A stretch of DNA of 64,000 nt, from assembly GCA_037442305.1 (NCBI GenBank), contig JBBIQN010000010.1, positions 394 through 64,393 of the forward strand, written 5' to 3'. Source of the stretch: Candidatus Bipolaricaulota bacterium (lineage in GTDB: Bacteria; Bipolaricaulota; Bipolaricaulia; Bipolaricaulales; Bipolaricaulaceae). Positions within the stretch are counted from its first letter, which is position 1; each line of letters begins with the position of its first letter. The position numbers and the translations under genes are program-made. A model generated the notes under the pieces. The model searched no databases and was not told the origin of the DNA. It saw nothing but the letters and a program-made list of their open reading frames with translations. Positions 56,967 to 64,000 of this stretch are shown here, one piece after another.

Positions 56967-57317
56967 ATGGTGCGCCAGGGGATCTGGGTGGGGATGGAGG
57001 AAGGTCTGTGGCTGGCCCTGCCGGTGGCGGTGGGGTTGTTCTTCCTCGGGTGGGAGTGGTCCGTCGGCCTCGGGTGGGGGATCGCGGGCGTGGGCGCCGG
57101 CCGCCTCGTGCGGTGGGGGTTCCTCAAGGTGATCGTGCGCGAGGGGCGGGGCCGTGCCGCCGCGCTACCCGCGCTGGCGCGGCAGCTCTTCCTCGCCCTG
57201 TTCGCGGCGGGCGGGATCGTGGCCGGGCTTCCGCCCCTCGCGGTCGCGGCCGGCCTCCTCATCCCGACCATCGGGCGGTGGATCTGGACGGTGAGACTTG
57301 CTCGAGTACCTGGGTAA
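56967..57317 (+). CDS. AtpI-like membrane protein
   Basis: Four hydrophobic segments; lies directly before atpB. Confidence 0.6.
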   Translation: MVRQGIWVGMEEGLWLALPVAVGLFFLGWEWSVGLGWGIAGVGAGRLVRWGFLKVIVREGRGRAAALPALARQLFLALFAAGGIVAGLPPLAVAAGLLIPTIGRWIWTVRLARVPG

Positions 57318-57993
57318 GGAACTCGCCCTTCGGTTCCGCATCGGGGGCGTGGAGATCGCCCTCAACCTCGTCGTGGCCGCGGTGGCGGCAGGCGTTTCCG
57401 TAGGTCTCGTGCTCCTCGCCCTGTGGCTCAGGCGGGGCCTCCGGCGCGACCCCGACACCCCGCTCTCCCGGCGGGCGACCGTCCTTGCCGTGACGGTAGA
57501 CCTCTTCCAGAACCAGCTCCTCGGTGGGATCTCCCCGCGCCTCGCCCGGCAGCTCCTTCCCCTCGTCGTCACCCTCTTCTTCTACGTGCTTCTCTGCAAC
57601 TGGGCGAACATCCTCCCCATCCCGTACATCGTCTCGCCAACCCAGGACCTGAACGTGCCTTTGGGCATGGCGCTCATGGTGTACGGTCTCACGCACTACT
57701 ACGGGATCCGGACGAAGGGGGTTGTGCGGCACCTCAAGGGGTATCTGGAGCCCTTCCCGTTCCTCCTTCCGCTCAACATCGTGGGGGACTTCGGGCGCAC
57801 CCTCTCCCACGGGTTCCGTCTGTTCGGGAACATCCTCGGCGGGGTGCTCCTCACCACGGTGGTGGCGGGGAGGTTCGCCCCGATCGTAGTCCCTGCGGCG
57901 CTCAACATCTGGTTCGGCCTGGCCATGGGCACGATCCAAGCGCTCGTGTTCACACTGCTCACGGTGGCGTACATCCAAGTCACCGCGGACTAG
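57298..57993 (+). CDS. atpB: ATP synthase Fo subunit a
   Basis: SPTQDLN, SHGFRLFGN, IQALVFTLL. Confidence 0.96.
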   Translation: MLEYLGKELALRFRIGGVEIALNLVVAAVAAGVSVGLVLLALWLRRGLRRDPDTPLSRRATVLAVTVDLFQNQLLGGISPRLARQLLPLVVTLFFYVLLCNWANILPIPYIVSPTQDLNVPLGMALMVYGLTHYYGIRTKGVVRHLKGYLEPFPFLLPLNIVGDFGRTLSHGFRLFGNILGGVLLTTVVAGRFAPIVVPAALNIWFGLAMGTIQALVFTLLTVAYIQVTAD

Positions 57994-58003
57994 GAGGTTA
58001 GCG

Positions 58004-58246
58004 ATGGATCCACAAGCGATCGTAGAGGCGGCGAAGTACCTGGCGGCTGGGATCTGCATGGGCATCGGGGCGATTGGCCCCGGAGTCGGGGAGGGGATCA
58101 TCGGCGCCCACGCCCTGGACGCGATGGCCCGCCAGCCGGAGATGGCCAACACCCTGCTGCGGACGATGGTCATCGCCGATGCCATCGCCGAGACGACGGG
58201 CATCTACTCACTCGTGGTGGCCATCGTCCTCATCTTCGTCGTCTAG
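58004..58246 (+). CDS. atpE: ATP synthase Fo subunit c (Na+-binding signature)
   Basis: GPGVGEG, ARQPE, AETTGIY. Confidence 0.97.
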   Translation: MDPQAIVEAAKYLAAGICMGIGAIGPGVGEGIIGAHALDAMARQPEMANTLLRTMVIADAIAETTGIYSLVVAIVLIFVV

Positions 58247-58256
58247 GAGAGGGACG

Positions 58257-58772
58257 ATGACCCTGGAGTGGGGCACGATCGTCAAGAACCTGAACTGGAC
58301 CCTCATCTTCAACCTCCTCAACTTCGCCCTGCTCGTGTGGGTTCTCAAGCGGATCCTGTTCAAGCCGGTGCTCTCCTGGCTCGACCGCCGACGGGAGGTG
58401 GAGGAGGAGCGGCTGCGCCGAGCCAAGGAGACCGAAGCCCAGGCCGAGGCACTCCTCCAGGAGAGGGAGGCCGCCCTGGGCGAGGCGAACCGGCGGGCCC
58501 GGGAACTCGTGGCGCGGGCAGAGGCCGAGGGCCAAGGCATCCTCCGCGACGCCCGACGGGAGGCCCGCGCCCAAGTCCAGGCGATCCTCGCCGAGGGGGA
58601 GAACGCGGCGACCCGCCTCCGCCAGGAGGCGGTCGCCGCTCTGCGCGACTCCTATGCGGAGCTCGTCGTCCTCGGGGCGTCCCAGGTCCTGGCGCGAGAG
58701 GTACGGCCTGCGGATCATGAACGCCTCCTGCGGGAGCTGACGACCCAGGTGGACGCACGGCTCCTCCAGTAG
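58257..58772 (+). CDS. atpF: ATP synthase Fo subunit b
   Basis: NWTLIFNLLNF TM helix followed by a coiled coil. Confidence 0.93.
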   Translation: MTLEWGTIVKNLNWTLIFNLLNFALLVWVLKRILFKPVLSWLDRRREVEEERLRRAKETEAQAEALLQEREAALGEANRRARELVARAEAEGQGILRDARREARAQVQAILAEGENAATRLRQEAVAALRDSYAELVVLGASQVLAREVRPADHERLLRELTTQVDARLLQ

Positions 58773-58774
58773 CG

Positions 58775-59314
58775 ATGCCCGAACAGGAAGCGATCCACAC
58801 CTACGCCCGCGCCTTGTACGAGGTCGCGGCGGCGCAGGGACTGGAGGAAGTGATCGTCCGCGACCTGACCGTGGTGCGTGAGCTCTGGCAGGGCGACCCG
58901 CAGCTCACCCGGCCGTTCCTCCTCCATCCCCTGATCCACGCCGAGGCCAAGGAGGCTGTGTTGGGGGATGCCCTCGGGGGCAGCGTGCACCCGTTGACGA
59001 TGAACACGCTGCGGCTGCTCGTGAGGCGAGGTCGCGCGGCCCTTCTCCCCCAGCTTGCGCCGGCGTTCTTCCGCCAGCAGGAGGAAGCCGGGCGGGCGGT
59101 TCATGTCCTGGCCCACACGGCACGGCCCCTATCGCCCGCCGAGGCGGCTGCCCTGCGCGACCGCCTGGCGGAGAGCCTGGGCAGACCGGTGACGATCGAC
59201 GAGGTGGCGGCTCCGGATCTCCTGGCGGGGGTCGAACTCACCGTGTCCGGCCGCCGCCTCGATACATCGCTCCGCGGGCGCCTGGCTCAACTCATGGCCC
59301 AGCTGAGGAGGTAG
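58775..59314 (+). CDS. atpH: ATP synthase F1 subunit delta
   Basis: YARALY, LLAG, DTSLRGRL. Confidence 0.93.
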   Translation: MPEQEAIHTYARALYEVAAAQGLEEVIVRDLTVVRELWQGDPQLTRPFLLHPLIHAEAKEAVLGDALGGSVHPLTMNTLRLLVRRGRAALLPQLAPAFFRQQEEAGRAVHVLAHTARPLSPAEAAALRDRLAESLGRPVTIDEVAAPDLLAGVELTVSGRRLDTSLRGRLAQLMAQLRR

Positions 59315-59317
59315 ACG

Positions 59318-60825
59318 ATGAGCCCACGCAAAGACGAGATCGCGTCCATCATCAAGAAGCAGATCCAGGAACTTGACATTGACCTCCGCATGGAGGAAGT
59401 CGGGGTCGTGGTGGAGGTGGGCGACGGGATCGCCCGTGTGTGGGGCCTGCGCTCGGCGATGGCGTCGGAGCTCCTCCTCTTCCCGGGAGAGGTCCACGGC
59501 CTGGTCCTCGACCTCGCCGAGGACTCCGTGGGCGTAGCGATCCTCGGGCCGGACCGCGGCATCCGGGAAGGGGACGAGGTGCGACGCACGGGCCAGGTAC
59601 TCGCCACGCCGGTGGGAGAGGGTTTCCTGGGGCGGGTGGTGGACCCGCTCGGCGCCCCGTTGGACGGACGGGAACCGATCAAACCCGAAGGGTACCGTAA
59701 GACCGACGACAAGGCCCCCGGCGTGATCGCCCGCCAGCCGGTGAACACCCCCCTCCAGACAGGGATCAAGTGCATCGACGCCCTGACCCCGATCGGCCGC
59801 GGCCAGCGCGAGCTCATCATCGGCGACCGCCGCACCGGCAAGACGGCGATCGCCCTGGACACGATCATCAACCAGAAGGGCCAGGGCGTGTACTGCATCT
59901 ACGTGGCGATCGGGCAGAAGTCGTCCACGATCGCCAAGGCGGTGGACGCCCTGCGTCGCCACGGAGCCCTCGACCACACGATCGTGGTCGCGGCGGCGGC
60001 GGAGGACCCGACTCCGCTCCAGTACATCGCCCCCTACGCTGGGTGCACGATGGGGGAGCACTTCCGCGACCAGGGCAAGGACGCCCTCGTCATCTACGAC
60101 GACTTGAGCAAGCATGCCGTCGCCTACCGCGAGATCTCGCTCCTCCTCAGGCGCCCCCCGGGGCGAGAGGCGTATCCCGGGGACATCTTCTACACCCACT
60201 CCCGGCTCCTGGAGCGGGCAGCACGGATGGCCGACGAGCACGGTGGGGGCTCGCTGACCGCGCTGCCGATGGTCGAGACGAAGGCCGGCGACATCACCGC
60301 CTACATCTCGACGAACCTCATCTCCATCACCGACGGGCAGATCTACCTCGAAGCCGAGCTGTTCAACAAGGGGCAGCGGCCAGCGATGAACGTCGGGCTG
60401 TCCGTATCCCGGGTGGGGGGGGCGGCCCAGGTCCCGGCGATGAAGGAGGTCGCCGGGCAGCTGCGGCTGGAGCTCGCCCAGTATCGCGATCTCGCCGCCT
60501 TCGCGGAGTTCGCCCAAGAGCTCGACGAGGCATCCCAAGCCCAGCTCGCCCGCGGGCAGCGGGTGATGGAGATCCTGAACCAGGACCAGTACCATCCGCT
60601 GCCGGTGGAATCCCAGATCGTGATCCTCTACGCCGCCGTGGGGGGGCACATCGATGACGTCCCGGTGGACGCGGTCCGCGCGTTCGAACGAGGGTTCCTC
60701 TCCTTCCTCGAAGAGCGGTACCCACACGCGCTCGAGTCGCTGCGCACGGAGAGGCGGCTCAGCGAGGACGTCCGCACCGTGCTAGAGGAAGCGCTGGCCA
60801 AGTTCCGGGAGGGATTCAGGGCCTG

Positions 60826-60826
<1 letters not shown>
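59318..60826 (+). CDS. atpA: ATP synthase F1 subunit alpha
   Basis: [18 protein letters not shown]. Confidence 0.98.
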
Positions 60827-63083
<2,257 letters not shown>

Positions 63084-63086
63084 ACG

Positions 63087-64000
63087 CTGACCAACCCCAC
63101 ACGTCTTCGCGGAACACGCAGCCGCTTCGCCCGATCGTCGCGGAGGCGTGTCCCGTGGCTCAGGTGGGCCCTCCGTGCGCTAGCCGTCGGGGGACTCGCC
63201 TCGGTGCTTGTCTCCTGCTCCCGCCCTCCGGAGCGCGAGGCCACCTCGTGCACGATCACCGTTCGGCCCGGGGAGTTGCTGCAAGCCGCAATCGACCGGG
63301 CGCCAGCCGGCGCCGTGATCTGCATCCCCTCTGGCACGTGGACGGAGAGCCTCCGCGTGACCAAGCCCCTCACCCTGCGCGGGGCGGGCTCCACCCGAAC
63401 CACGGTCCGTGGGGCTCAGCTTCTCCACTCTGTCCTCACCATCGAACCCTCAGGGGAGGCCGAGGGACCGGTCATCGTCTCCGGGATCCAGTTTACCGGA
63501 GCGCGCGGGAGCTGCTCCGATCCGGGAGGGTGCGCCCACGGACTCCTCGTAGCGGGCAAGGCCACCGTCGAGGTGAGCGACTGCGTGTTTTCCCAAAACG
63601 AGGGAAGCGGGGTAACGCTTCGGGACAGAGGACGAGCGACCATCCACGGGTCCACGATCCAGGGGAACGGGGCCCACGGCGTGCAGGCCGTGGGGCAAGC
63701 GGAAGCGATTCTCTCGTCCGTCACCATCTCCGGCAGCCGGGGTTCCGGGATCTGGCTCTCGGATGCCGCACGGCTGGTTCTTGCCACGTCCACGGTGACC
63801 AAGTGCGAAGGACATGGTCTGTGGATCCGCGACCGAAGCCAGCTTACGGCCACGGACTCCACCGTCTCCTTTTGCGGAGGGCGCGGGGTGTGGATCCGGG
63901 ACCAAGCGTCGGCTTCTCTGAGCCGGTGCACCATCCGCGGCCACCAAGGTACAGGGGTGCGGTGTGAGCACACCGCGGACGTCGCCCTCGCGGCGTGCCT
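63087..64000 (+). CDS. Right-handed beta-helix (pectin lyase-like) lipoprotein, partial; start uncertain (CTG?)
   Basis: Frame reads LVSC (lipobox), then VRPGELLQAAIDRAPAGAVICIPSGTW and repeated N..GV / S..GI coils; open to the window end. Confidence 0.75.
   Translation, partial: MTNPTRLRGTRSRFARSSRRRVPWLRWALRALAVGGLASVLVSCSRPPEREATSCTITVRPGELLQAAIDRAPAGAVICIPSGTWTESLRVTKPLTLRGAGSTRTTVRGAQLLHSVLTIEPSGEAEGPVIVSGIQFTGARGSCSDPGGCAHGLLVAGKATVEVSDCVFSQNEGSGVTLRDRGRATIHGSTIQGNGAHGVQAVGQAEAILSSVTISGSRGSGIWLSDAARLVLATSTVTKCEGHGLWIRDRSQLTATDSTVSFCGGRGVWIRDQASASLSRCTIRGHQGTGVRCEHTADVALAAC

Noticed and set aside
63155-63967. 270-aa ORF from the track as atpC or a real gene
   Set aside because: No epsilon-like features; the beta-helix protein is in another frame.

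Overview
High-GC bacterial chromosome segment, almost entirely core genome. I see no IS, integrase, phage, CRISPR or rRNA. The Thermotoga-like ATP synthase c subunit and beta-prime inserts suggest a deep-branching anaerobe such as Bipolaricaulota/Acetothermia; this is inference only. In order: a partial >1450-aa multi-GAF/PAS diguanylate cyclase; hypCDE; pspC and liaF-like genes; a fused Fe-S/flavin amino-acid oxidoreductase pair (proline dehydrogenase/sarcosine oxidase family); acyltransferase, nifU, tldD, cdsA-uppS-valS-ndk; metK, endoQ, a CoA transferase and an aminotransferase; six tRNAs; nth, an HD protein, kbl/tdh/ridA; a ~23-kb fmdB-rpoC-str-S10-spc-alpha superoperon that lacks rpoB, tuf and rpmD; a degenerate thiouridylase-like gene, hpf, a HerA-like ATPase and cca; then frr, a Na+-type F1Fo operon without atpC, and a beta-helix lipoprotein. 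The best candidate for an undescribed system is a leaderless proline-rich uORF (8 of 23 codons Pro, including PPP) whose stop overlaps the start of the putative proline-oxidising operon. Other oddities are a C-terminally truncated uS11, an EF-G with a degenerate domain IV, tRNAs with C33 and A54, two probable CTG starts, and a structured leader burying the SD and start codon of the HerA-like gene.
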